Source: Bacteroidia bacterium (lineage in GTDB: Bacteria > Bacteroidota > Bacteroidia > B-17B0 > Aurantibacillaceae). From it: a stretch of DNA of 28,813 nucleotides. The DNA is taken from the NCBI GenBank assembly GCA_031428235.1, contig JANPOX010000602.1, positions 1-28,813 on the forward strand, written 5' to 3'. The translations under genes were made by a program, and so were the position numbers. Numbering within the stretch: position 1 is the first letter of the stretch; the number at the start of each line of letters is the position of its first letter. Shown here piece by piece: positions 6,997 to 15,847 of the stretch. The notes beneath the pieces were generated by a model. The model was given only the letters and a program-made list of their open reading frames with translations, had not been told where the DNA came from and made no database searches.

Positions 6997-8517
6997 ATGT
7001 TAAAAAGAAATTTAGCCGACCTTAAGTCGGGAATAGTAGTGTTTTTAGTGGCTTTGCCTTTGTGTTTGGGTATTGCTTTGGCGTGTGGAGTGCCCTTATT
7101 TTCAGGAATTATAGCAGGTGTTATAGGTGGAATAATCGTAACTTCATTAAGCGGCTCAAAATACAGTGTATCTGGTCCGGCAGCGGGCTTAACAGCCATA
7201 GTAATTTCCTCAATTGCACAATTAGGAAGTTTCGATGCGTTTTTGGCAGCTGTAGTTTTTGCAGGTATTTTTCAAATAATATTAGGTATTTTAAAAGCGG
7301 GAAGTATTGGAAATTATATTCCTAATGCCGTTATTAAAGGTATGCTGGCCGGTATAGGAATTATTTTGATTATTAAGCAAATTCCTCATTTGTTTGGATA
7401 TGATAAAGATCCTGAAGGGGATGAACAATTTGTGCAAATCGACGGCGAAAATTCATTTACGGAGTTAGTCAACATGATAAATTTTATAACTCCGGGCGCT
7501 ATTATTGTGGGAGTGGTTTCGTTTATTGTATTAATTATTGCAGAAAAGGATTTTTATAAGAAAAATAAAATCTTGGTAAATATACCAGGGCCTCTGTTAG
7601 TTGTAATTTTCGGCGTTTTATTTACCATCATTTTTAAGGCAGAACCTTTTCTGGCTATAGATTCACAACACCTTGTTAATTTACCTACTATTTCAACTTT
7701 TGCAGATTTAAAAAGCAATCTTTTTTTTCCGGATTTTAGTAAAGCAACTACCACTACATTCTGGATTATTGCTTTAACGTTGGCCATAGTGGCAAGTTTG
7801 GAAACCTTATTGGGTATTGAAGCTATTGATAAATTAGATCCTGACAAAAATGAGTCAAACACTAATAAGGAATTATTTGCACAGGGTATTGGTAATATTG
7901 CCTGTGGTTTAGTTGGTGGTTTACCGGTTACATCCGTTATTGTTCGAAGTTCGGCAAACATCCATGCAGGTGCAAAATCAAAAATATCGGTGATACTGCA
8001 TGCTGTTTTACTTTTAGTGAGTGTGCTTTTGTTGCCTCAGTTATTAGCGCTCATCCCAAACGCATGTTTAGCGGCCATTTTAATTATGACAGGATTTAAA
8101 CTTACCAAAGTGGCAATTTTTAAGGAACAATGGAAATTTGGTTTGGAACAATTTATTCCTTTTGTAATTACTATTACAGTAATGCTTTTGACCGATTTAT
8201 TAAAAGGAGTTTGTGCCGGTGTTTTGGTATCAGTGATTTTTATTATCCGGGATAATATTAAATTTTCATTTGAATCAAGCAACGAGATCATGGATGGCAA
8301 AGAATACTATCTTATAAAATTACCACAACAAGTTACTTTTTTTAACAAAGGATTTCTGATCAAATTTTTTAAATCAGTGAGGGAAGACAGTAAGGTTATC
8401 ATTGATGGAAGCATTAATAAGAGTATTAATAGGGATGCAAGAGATGTTATTTCGGATTTTGTGATCAATAGCAAAAAGAAGAATATTGATGTAGAATTAT
8501 TTAAGTATCATAAGTAA
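6997..8517 (+). CDS. sulP: SulP/SLC26 family anion (probably bicarbonate) transporter with short STAS-like C-terminus
   Basis: DLKSGIVVFLVALPLCLGIALA, VSGPAAGL, ASLETLL, NKELFAQGIGN, VIVRSSAN motifs; adjacent to a carbonic anhydrase. Confidence 0.92.
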   Translation: MLKRNLADLKSGIVVFLVALPLCLGIALACGVPLFSGIIAGVIGGIIVTSLSGSKYSVSGPAAGLTAIVISSIAQLGSFDAFLAAVVFAGIFQIILGILKAGSIGNYIPNAVIKGMLAGIGIILIIKQIPHLFGYDKDPEGDEQFVQIDGENSFTELVNMINFITPGAIIVGVVSFIVLIIAEKDFYKKNKILVNIPGPLLVVIFGVLFTIIFKAEPFLAIDSQHLVNLPTISTFADLKSNLFFPDFSKATTTTFWIIALTLAIVASLETLLGIEAIDKLDPDKNESNTNKELFAQGIGNIACGLVGGLPVTSVIVRSSANIHAGAKSKISVILHAVLLLVSVLLLPQLLALIPNACLAAILIMTGFKLTKVAIFKEQWKFGLEQFIPFVITITVMLLTDLLKGVCAGVLVSVIFIIRDNIKFSFESSNEIMDGKEYYLIKLPQQVTFFNKGFLIKFFKSVREDSKVIIDGSINKSINRDARDVISDFVINSKKKNIDVELFKYHK

Positions 8518-8539
8518 AAATCTAAAGGAATTTATAAAA

Positions 8540-9202
8540 ATGGAATCAATGAACGAATCATATCAGCGGTTATTAGAGGGAAATAAGCGCTTTTCTATGT
8601 CTAAAAAATTTGAAGACCCTTTATATTTTAAAAAACTATCTTTAGGACAGAGGCCTGATTATTTGTGGATAGGCTGTAGCGATAGCCGTGTGCCTGCCAA
8701 TGAAGTAACCAATACAGAAAGTGGTGAAATTTTTGTACACCGGAATATTGCTAATTTAGTGGTACACACCGATATGAATTTGTTGAGCGTGCTTGAGTAT
8801 GCCGTAAAATTTTTGGGAGTGAAGCATGTTATAGTTTGTGGCCATTATGGTTGTGGCGGAATTAAAGCTGCTATTGGCAACGAGCGTCATGGTTTTGTAG
8901 ATAACTGGTTACGAAACATAAAAGATGTTTATAATAAATACTCATCGGAACTGGATGTAATTGCGGATATAGATAAGCGCATGGATCGCCTCACCGAATT
9001 AAATGTAATTGAGCAAGTACGTAATTTAGCAATGACCACTATCGTTCAGGATGCATGGGAAACAAGGGAATTGCATTTACACGGATGGGTATATGGAATC
9101 AATAACGGATTGGTAACCGATTTGAGTATTATACACGATGGAACAGAAGACATTGAACCGATTTACAGATTTAACATCGATAGGGTTAAAAAGAATCACT
9201 AG
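8540..9202 (+). CDS. can: Beta-class carbonic anhydrase
   Basis: WIGCSDSRVP (CxDxR), FVHRNIAN, VCGHYGCGG (HxxC) zinc-ligand motifs; C-terminal LHGWVY. Confidence 0.96.
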   Translation: MESMNESYQRLLEGNKRFSMSKKFEDPLYFKKLSLGQRPDYLWIGCSDSRVPANEVTNTESGEIFVHRNIANLVVHTDMNLLSVLEYAVKFLGVKHVIVCGHYGCGGIKAAIGNERHGFVDNWLRNIKDVYNKYSSELDVIADIDKRMDRLTELNVIEQVRNLAMTTIVQDAWETRELHLHGWVYGINNGLVTDLSIIHDGTEDIEPIYRFNIDRVKKNH

Positions 9203-9223
9203 TTTATTACCAGCCTTGAACAT

Positions 9224-9261
9224 AAAAAAATACCTCGACGGAATGTTGAGGTATTTTTTTT
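9224..9261. terminator. Bidirectional rho-independent terminator between convergent can and rsmA
   Basis: A7-TACCTCGAC-GGAAT-GTTGAGGTA-T8. Confidence 0.88.
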
Positions 9262-9288
9262 GTTATTCATTAAATCTTTTAAAAATAT

Positions 9289-10065
9289 TTATTTTTTAAT
9301 GGCCTGCTCAATCGCATTGGTTAACTCTACAAATTCGTTCACTGATAATTGCTCTGCTCTTTTGTCAAGGTATACAGATTCAACGGTATGGTTTCCGCTT
9401 AATACTTTAACGGAATTACGCACCGTCTTTCTCCGTTGATTAAAAGAAGCCTTGACTACTTTGAAAAACAGTTCCTCATCGCAATTAAGCTTTGTAGTTG
9501 TATTTCGTGTTAAGCGAATAACTGCCGATTTTACTTTGGGAGGCGGATTAAATACATGCTCGCTGACTGTAAATAAATATTCAATCTTATAAAAGGCCTG
9601 TAGCATTACGCTTAAAATGCCATAAGTTTTTGTGCCCGGTTTTTCGGCAATGCGTTGGGCCACTTCCCTCTGAAACATTCCTACCACACAATTGATGTTG
9701 CTTCGGTATTCCAATACCTTAAACATAATTTGCGTGGATATATTATAAGGAAAATTTCCAATCAGGTAAAAATTACCGGCGCTGGCAAAAGGAGAAAGAT
9801 CGGCTTCTAAAAAATCCTGGAACTTAAATTTATGTTCATGCTGTGGATATTTTTCTTTTAAAAATGCTATGGATTCTGCGTCGATATCAAAGGCTGTGAA
9901 ATTATCCTTCTCGATCATGTACTGCGTAATTACACCTGTTCCCGGACCAACCTCCAAAATAGGCGTGTTATCCTTAGGTAAAGAATTGACAATTTTTTGC
10001 GCAATATTTAAATCAATTAAAAAATGCTGGCCTAAATGTTTCTTTGCTTTTACGGGTGATGCCAC
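9289..10065 (-). CDS. rsmA: 16S rRNA m6,2A dimethyltransferase RsmA/KsgA
   Basis: KKHLGQHFL, LEVGPGTG, GNFPYNIS, MFQREVA, FNPPPKVKS, FNQRRK motifs; GTG start. Confidence 0.97.
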   Translation of the reverse strand: MASPVKAKKHLGQHFLIDLNIAQKIVNSLPKDNTPILEVGPGTGVITQYMIEKDNFTAFDIDAESIAFLKEKYPQHEHKFKFQDFLEADLSPFASAGNFYLIGNFPYNISTQIMFKVLEYRSNINCVVGMFQREVAQRIAEKPGTKTYGILSVMLQAFYKIEYLFTVSEHVFNPPPKVKSAVIRLTRNTTTKLNCDEELFFKVVKASFNQRRKTVRNSVKVLSGNHTVESVYLDKRAEQLSVNEFVELTNAIEQAIKK

Positions 10066-10071
10066 AGTATT

Positions 10072-10572
10072 TTATTTGTTTGCGTTTAAATTTTGATAGT
10101 CTGTATCCAGAACTCTGATAGTTACGTGTTTACGAATATACACATGTTTGTCCTGAATTCTTCTAACAATGATCCCGGTTAACAGGAGAGCAGAGCTTAC
10201 TATGATGGTTTGTTCATTCACAATTGTTGTATGCCCATTGGCAATATTGTTCCCGGTATCGATCATGAAAAACAAAAATCCGGCTGTAAACAACCAGGGG
10301 CTAAACATACCACCTCTTATTTTGATTGCTTTTAATTGCTTTAATTTTACGATTGAGTCATTTTCGAAAACCAATAGGCTGTCATTCATGTTCACTAGTT
10401 TATGAGTTCTGTAAAACAAATCACCTTTTAGCTTATAATCTATTTTCGAATTATTAAAAAACTGGTAAGACTTTGATTTTCCAAAAAAAGAATGATAATT
10501 AATGTCTAAAATTTTTTGACCATATGAAGTTTCAATGATTAAAAATAAGAATATAGAAAGAAGGTGTTTCAT
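10072..10572 (-). CDS. Hypothetical exported/membrane protein
   Basis: Signal-like N-terminus and two later hydrophobic segments; in an operon-like run with its neighbours. Confidence 0.65.
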   Translation of the reverse strand: MKHLLSIFLFLIIETSYGQKILDINYHSFFGKSKSYQFFNNSKIDYKLKGDLFYRTHKLVNMNDSLLVFENDSIVKLKQLKAIKIRGGMFSPWLFTAGFLFFMIDTGNNIANGHTTIVNEQTIIVSSALLLTGIIVRRIQDKHVYIRKHVTIRVLDTDYQNLNANK

Positions 10573-10871
10573 TAAACAATTTCAAGTAATGTTCTAAAGG
10601 CCACATATTTTCCTTCATACAAAGCTTTCATATCAGCTTGTAACCGTGGAGCTTCATCAGCCATATAAGATTCTATATCTTTCATGTCATTAAAAGAATA
10701 TTGGGTCGAATAGGTGGCTCCTTCATCATCCACATTTAACACTTTGCACATTTTGTATTCTGTAAAAAGGCCCGTTTCCATCACCATCGGTATATGAACG
10801 GTTTTCATCCACTGATGCCATTCATCGGCAACTGCTTTATCAATGCTTACTGTAACGTTGTATATGTACAT
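10572..10871 (-). CDS. DUF4286 family protein
   Basis: MYIYNVT…W..WMK..HIP…TYSTQY…FRTLLE pattern; usual position next to rsmA in Bacteroidota. Confidence 0.88.
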   Translation of the reverse strand: MYIYNVTVSIDKAVADEWHQWMKTVHIPMVMETGLFTEYKMCKVLNVDDEGATYSTQYSFNDMKDIESYMADEAPRLQADMKALYEGKYVAFRTLLEIV

Positions 10872-10900
10872 AATTTGTTTTTAGTTAGTTTTTTCAAATC

Positions 10901-11016
10901 TGTCACTTCGAGCAAAATTTGCCTGTATTTTGCAAATTTGTATCGAGAAGTTTATGAATTCTGTTCTCGATAATTTTTTTTGTAAAAGTCAGACAAAAAA
11001 ATCACTCGAACTGACA
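10901..11016. repeat. Inverted doublet of REP-like elements
   Basis: Copy 1 (10901-10950, +): TGTCACTTCGAG…TATCGAGAAG. Copy 2 (10963-11016, -): TGTCAGTTCGAG…TATCGAGAAC. Each has a different internal palindrome. Confidence 0.7.
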
Positions 11017-11029
11017 TATTTAATTTTAT

Positions 11030-12850
11030 TTAATTTACAATATCTCCTCTTAAATCCCGGTAACGCTTTCTTGCATCCACTACGTAAATACTTCCGGGAT
11101 ATTTTACCAGCATGTCCTGGTATAATTGTTTTGCTTTTTCTTTATCGTTCAAATAACGTTCATACAATTCCGCTTCTTTAAATAAAGCATCATCTCCATA
11201 CAATTCTGTTGGAAAAAACTCTAAAATATTTTCATACATTTTTGCTGCTTCCGCATAACGGTTTGTTTGCTTGTAGATCTCCGCTTTTTTATAATAAATA
11301 TCATCGCCCAAAGTATGCTCACTGAAAATGGAATTGATACTATCGAGGCGCGCAATCGCCCTGTCATATTGATGTTGTAGTATCAAAAGTTCCGCCGATG
11401 CAAACATACTTAATGGTAATGCATTGGTATCAACACCAATGGCATCTGTAATTACTAAAGATAGATCCAATGCATCATTGGCAATGGTTTTAGTAGTAGC
11501 ACCTTTTAAAACATCACACTGAGCTTTGGCCCATTTAAAATCAGATGCATAATAACTCAATTTGGCATTTCTGAATTTAGCACCTTGGCCAACCGTTTCG
11601 TATTTAAAATCTTTTTCAACCTGTGAGTAAAGTAAAGATGCATCCCAGATATTTCCGATCAGTAAATTCATATCACCAAGATCCAGTTTTATTTCGGCCA
11701 GCATATTTTTATCAAAAGTATATTGTGTGATCACCTCTTCCAATGATAGAATTGCTTCATTTGGTTTATTCAAATAATAAGCTTTTAACAAGGCTGATTT
11801 TTTAATAAGTGGAAAAGTCAAATTACTGATGCCGTATTCTTTAATAGCGGCTTCCATGTTTGTGTGCAGCGCAGTAATGTCTATCGTATTTGGGTTGGCC
11901 TGGCCGGTAAGCTGAAGATAGTTTGCATTTAGTTTTTCTATATGGGCTAGATCATAATAGGGATTGTCTTTTCCTTTACTCATGACATACTGATAGCACT
12001 TGTCGGCTACTTCATAATTTTCGTTGCTGACGCATAGTTTAGCCAGTTCCATAATACGGGTGCCGTCGCCTTTCTGGCGTTTATCCAATGCTTTGGATTG
12101 AACAAATGAACCTTGAAAATCTTTCTGCTGGTTCAATAAAAAAATCAGGAATTCAGATAAAACCGTTTTATCGGATTTTTGCTGAATGCGTTTTTGTAAT
12201 TCTTCTTTTAAGATAGGGTTGTTAAGCCCTCCGTTTTTATCATCGTAGCCCAAAGATTGTTGCAAATTGGTTTGCGCGGTATACAATTCACTTTCACGAA
12301 ACTCTATAGCGTCCAGGTACTCATTCACCATCGCTTTTAAGTCGCCTTTCTTTTTATAGAGGTCAGCTATTTCATAATAATAGGGGTAAGTTTCGGGTGT
12401 TTTTTTTCGACCTTTTTTATACACCTCAATCGCATAATCATATAATTCCACTTCTTCAAAGGCATGAGCTAACGCAAAAATCGTACTCTGTTCAGGGATT
12501 ACTTCTTTAACCGCTTTATCGTATTGGTCTTTTTCCTTATCCGGATTCCCCATCAGTTTATAAACCAATCCAAGTTTTACGTATAAATGAGCATTGGACT
12601 CACTGTGCTTAATATGCCGTTTAGTGATCTTTTCTGCCGTTTTATAATCCTTGGTTTCAATTAAACATCTGAAATAATAAATAAAATAAGCATCTGGTAA
12701 TTTATCATATAGCTTCTCAAAATAAACAACGGCTTTATCAAATTGTTTCTGCTCATAATACTGCATCGCCAACTTATCATCTGTTGTTTTTTGAGCGCTT
12801 ACCGAAATAAACGACATTACAAATAAGATGCATATCAAAAAATGTTTCAA
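11030..12850 (-). CDS. Periplasmic tetratricopeptide-repeat protein
   Basis: Signal peptide; many TPR-like helical repeats; C-terminal YPGSIYVVDARKRYRDLRGD; conserved neighbour of DUF4286/rsmA. Confidence 0.88.
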   Translation of the reverse strand: MKHFLICILFVMSFISVSAQKTTDDKLAMQYYEQKQFDKAVVYFEKLYDKLPDAYFIYYFRCLIETKDYKTAEKITKRHIKHSESNAHLYVKLGLVYKLMGNPDKEKDQYDKAVKEVIPEQSTIFALAHAFEEVELYDYAIEVYKKGRKKTPETYPYYYEIADLYKKKGDLKAMVNEYLDAIEFRESELYTAQTNLQQSLGYDDKNGGLNNPILKEELQKRIQQKSDKTVLSEFLIFLLNQQKDFQGSFVQSKALDKRQKGDGTRIMELAKLCVSNENYEVADKCYQYVMSKGKDNPYYDLAHIEKLNANYLQLTGQANPNTIDITALHTNMEAAIKEYGISNLTFPLIKKSALLKAYYLNKPNEAILSLEEVITQYTFDKNMLAEIKLDLGDMNLLIGNIWDASLLYSQVEKDFKYETVGQGAKFRNAKLSYYASDFKWAKAQCDVLKGATTKTIANDALDLSLVITDAIGVDTNALPLSMFASAELLILQHQYDRAIARLDSINSIFSEHTLGDDIYYKKAEIYKQTNRYAEAAKMYENILEFFPTELYGDDALFKEAELYERYLNDKEKAKQLYQDMLVKYPGSIYVVDARKRYRDLRGDIVN

Positions 12851-12851
12851 A

Positions 12852-13448
12852 TTAATTAGCTGTAGTTGAACGTTTAATTTCAGGTTGAATCAATTCAGGT
12901 AAAACTCCGCTGTTTAGGTTTTTTACTAAATCTTCGCACACGGGCAAGGTCTGATTAAAGATCTCTAAATGTTTCCGAATGGTTTCGGTATTCACATTTA
13001 ATTCTTCAATGATCTTTTCCGATTCTCTTTTTTCTTCATTAATAAACTCAATGGCTTCCTCTTCATCAATACTTCCTGTTTTTAAGTCATGCGACAAAGT
13101 TTGTAATTGTTCAACTGATAATTCTGCTTCAATTAACCAGCTGGAACGTAAGGCCAGGTAATCATTCATTCCTTTGCCAACGGATTGAAATGATTGTAAA
13201 TTTTCAGCGACTGTTTTTGAAACGGTATCTTTTAAATGAGAATTGATAAAAAGAGAATAGGTGTATTGTTTTGAATATGCCTTCACACAAGCAGAACTAT
13301 CCACGGTTTTAAAATGGGTGACTGATTGTTGTAATACTACCTTAAGACTATCGAGCTCTTTGGTGTATTTTTCATAACCGTGCGTATTCTTGCAGGAAGA
13401 TAATCCAACTCCACAAATCACTGATATCAAACAAAGTAAAAGTCTCAC
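12852..13448 (-). CDS. Hypothetical helical lipoprotein
   Basis: Lipobox LSS-C; predicted coiled-coil/helical body; 1-nt gap to the TPR gene. Confidence 0.7.
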   Translation of the reverse strand: MRLLLCLISVICGVGLSSCKNTHGYEKYTKELDSLKVVLQQSVTHFKTVDSSACVKAYSKQYTYSLFINSHLKDTVSKTVAENLQSFQSVGKGMNDYLALRSSWLIEAELSVEQLQTLSHDLKTGSIDEEEAIEFINEEKRESEKIIEELNVNTETIRKHLEIFNQTLPVCEDLVKNLNSGVLPELIQPEIKRSTTAN

Positions 13449-13559
13449 ATTTTTAAAATTAACAACTCAAATTTAAGCTTAAAAGCTCAATTATAATCAT
13501 ACAACTTTATTAATATATACTAAAATTTGGAGTCAGGCATTTGGTAAGATTTGGCTGAA

Positions 13560-14750
13560 TTAATAGGAGCCGCCTGAACCAGCTCCGCCAGATTGGCCGC
13601 CACCAAACTCAAAACCATTCTCTGAAGTTTCTGGAGTTTTTTGAGTCATGCCTTCTAAAATAATTAATGCTTCAGCATTGCTTCTTAAAAAACTATTGGC
13701 ATCTATTTCTTCTTCAAATGTAATGCCGTGTTTAGGAATTTTAAAATAGTTGATAGCGAAATACGCTACCGTAATTAACAGGGTGCCAGCTATAGTAAGA
13801 GATACTTCCGGATGCCCTAAGCTAAAGTAATATTTAAAAGTAATGGCTGATAATGCCAATAAAATAAGCCCTGACCAGAGCAACGTTTTATCTTTTTGTT
13901 TTAATCCAAAATAAATATAGATAATAGGAACTGATGCGGTAAGAATGTAAAATAAAAATGCCAATGGAATATCTTGTCCGGACGCTAATTGAAGATCAAA
14001 AAAAGATACGCTTGATTCCCTGATCACAAAATAATTGCAGGAAGCATAAAAAACAAGTAAGGCAACAAACTCAACCACACTAATGCAGGATTTCCAATAA
14101 GATAATTTCCGGTTGTTTTTAAATCTTTTGGTTTGAAAATATAAGAAGGCCGAAAAAAGCATTAGTACAAATGGCATGATCATTTTTGCAACATCGCCCA
14201 ACTTTAAAATAAATAAAAACAAGATGGTGTAAACACAAAAACATAAGGCTAATGTGGCTATCCTGTCCGCATACCTGATCACTGCAAAAGTGATAAAGGG
14301 AAGTGCCATACAGGCGATTAATAAAGAATTGTCTTCTCCGTTAAAATCGGTTATTGCAAAAAGAAAACCCAATAGGGATAGTAATCCCACATACAATAAA
14401 GCTTCATCACTACCGGCATTATAAACAGGTTTCGACTTTATCAAAAATTCAAGGGCGGTAAAACAAACTGCCGCAAAAAATAAAGAAGTGATAATGAAAA
14501 AGCTATTGCCGCTACTATTAAAACCTGCTGCAAACATCAGGAAATAAATGCCCGACGCTGCCAAAAGAATAAAACACGTAAAAAGGAATAATCCAATCTT
14601 AACAAAAATGTTTGGTGTATAGAAATGATTACTATAACTATTTGAAATGGCGTTAAACTGCTCTTCTGAAATTAATTTCTTAGCAAACCAGTTTTCCGCT
14701 TTTCTTTTAAGCGAAGTATTAAAAATTAGGGTTGAGTTATAGGCCTTCAT
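13560..14750 (-). CDS. Multi-pass membrane protein, DUF2157-like, with Gly-rich tail
   Basis: N-terminal W…LISEEQF..I…Y motif, roughly ten TM segments, C-terminal FEFGGGQSGGAGSGGSY. Confidence 0.75.
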   Translation of the reverse strand: MKAYNSTLIFNTSLKRKAENWFAKKLISEEQFNAISNSYSNHFYTPNIFVKIGLFLFTCFILLAASGIYFLMFAAGFNSSGNSFFIITSLFFAAVCFTALEFLIKSKPVYNAGSDEALLYVGLLSLLGFLFAITDFNGEDNSLLIACMALPFITFAVIRYADRIATLALCFCVYTILFLFILKLGDVAKMIMPFVLMLFSAFLYFQTKRFKNNRKLSYWKSCISVVEFVALLVFYASCNYFVIRESSVSFFDLQLASGQDIPLAFLFYILTASVPIIYIYFGLKQKDKTLLWSGLILLALSAITFKYYFSLGHPEVSLTIAGTLLITVAYFAINYFKIPKHGITFEEEIDANSFLRSNAEALIILEGMTQKTPETSENGFEFGGGQSGGAGSGGSY

Positions 14751-14751
14751 T

Positions 14752-15720
14752 TTATCGTTTGACGATCTTTTTAAGATTTAAAAATAAAAAAATGACTCCT
14801 ACTGCAGATCCCATAACATATAACATTCCTAAAAGAAAAGTGCCTTCACTTATATTATCAATTTCGGATAAAAAATAGAATATAAAGTATGTCAATCCGA
14901 TGTATCCATATAAAACGGAAAGCAACAGGAACAGGTAAGATTTATGTGCAAGTGCATACCTGATAAAATAAACGCAGATGCCGGCTAATATCAATAAAAT
15001 GATTAATTTGAGTTCCTGATCAAATAATGCAGCAAGGGTAGCAATACTTAAAAGATTAAGAGCAAAATTATTATATGTAAAGCCGAAGTGTTTTTTAATT
15101 CCTTTTTTATGGGAATACCAGTCCCACACACATAGTGCTATTCCTAAAGCCAGAGCAGTAAAAATAACGGAGAGATCAGAGAAATCATTATTGTCTATGA
15201 GTTGCCTTGGAGAAACACTTAATCCAAAAGTTCCGGCCAATCCCGTAATACCAAGTGATAAAATTCCTTTATGATCGAAGCGATAAGCAAGGTAAAATGC
15301 CAGTAGGGTGGGAATAAAAACAAGAATGCCGTAGTGCTCGCCAAAAGGATTGTATTGAAATTGAAAATATCCAACAAACAAGGCAAATAGCAGAAAGCCC
15401 AACAAAACAACATAATCAAAGAAAGGCGAAGTGTGTGTGATTTTTCCGTTTTGATAGGGCAATGTATGTTTGGCAGCATAATAAAAACAACCTGCAAAGC
15501 TTGCGGCAATGGCGGCTAATATAACCTGATGACCGATGGTGTCAATATTCTGATAAACTAAAATACCAATACCGGATGATAATAATAAAATCCCCAGGTA
15601 AAGGATGGTTCTCAGTTCCCAGTGAATGGAAAATAATTGAGATGCTTCAGCAGACCTGATTCTTTCGAATTGATCTTTGTCAAGGTGCCCATCTTTAAAT
15701 ATCTGATTTAACTCTGCCAT
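14752..15720 (-). CDS. DUF2157 domain multi-pass membrane protein
   Basis: FSIHWELRTILYLGILLLSSGIGILVYQNID motif, about nine TM segments; 1-nt gap to the downstream gene. Confidence 0.8.
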   Translation of the reverse strand: MAELNQIFKDGHLDKDQFERIRSAEASQLFSIHWELRTILYLGILLLSSGIGILVYQNIDTIGHQVILAAIAASFAGCFYYAAKHTLPYQNGKITHTSPFFDYVVLLGFLLFALFVGYFQFQYNPFGEHYGILVFIPTLLAFYLAYRFDHKGILSLGITGLAGTFGLSVSPRQLIDNNDFSDLSVIFTALALGIALCVWDWYSHKKGIKKHFGFTYNNFALNLLSIATLAALFDQELKLIILLILAGICVYFIRYALAHKSYLFLLLSVLYGYIGLTYFIFYFLSEIDNISEGTFLLGMLYVMGSAVGVIFLFLNLKKIVKR

Positions 15721-15847
15721 TATAATTTATAAATATAATTAAAATCTAAAAGACTTGCTGTTCAAATATCAAATCCCCTTTATCTTATTACAAAACCGTT
15801 GAAACAAAAAAAGATAAGGACATGAGATTATAATTTATATTTACCAT

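Noticed and set aside
10901-11016. Possible CRISPR mini-array
   Set aside because: Only two units, inverted rather than direct, with variable interiors; no cas genes in the window.
10930-11181. 83-aa plus-strand ORF
   Set aside because: Begins with a non-ATG codon inside the REP-like doublet and runs antisense into the TPR gene.
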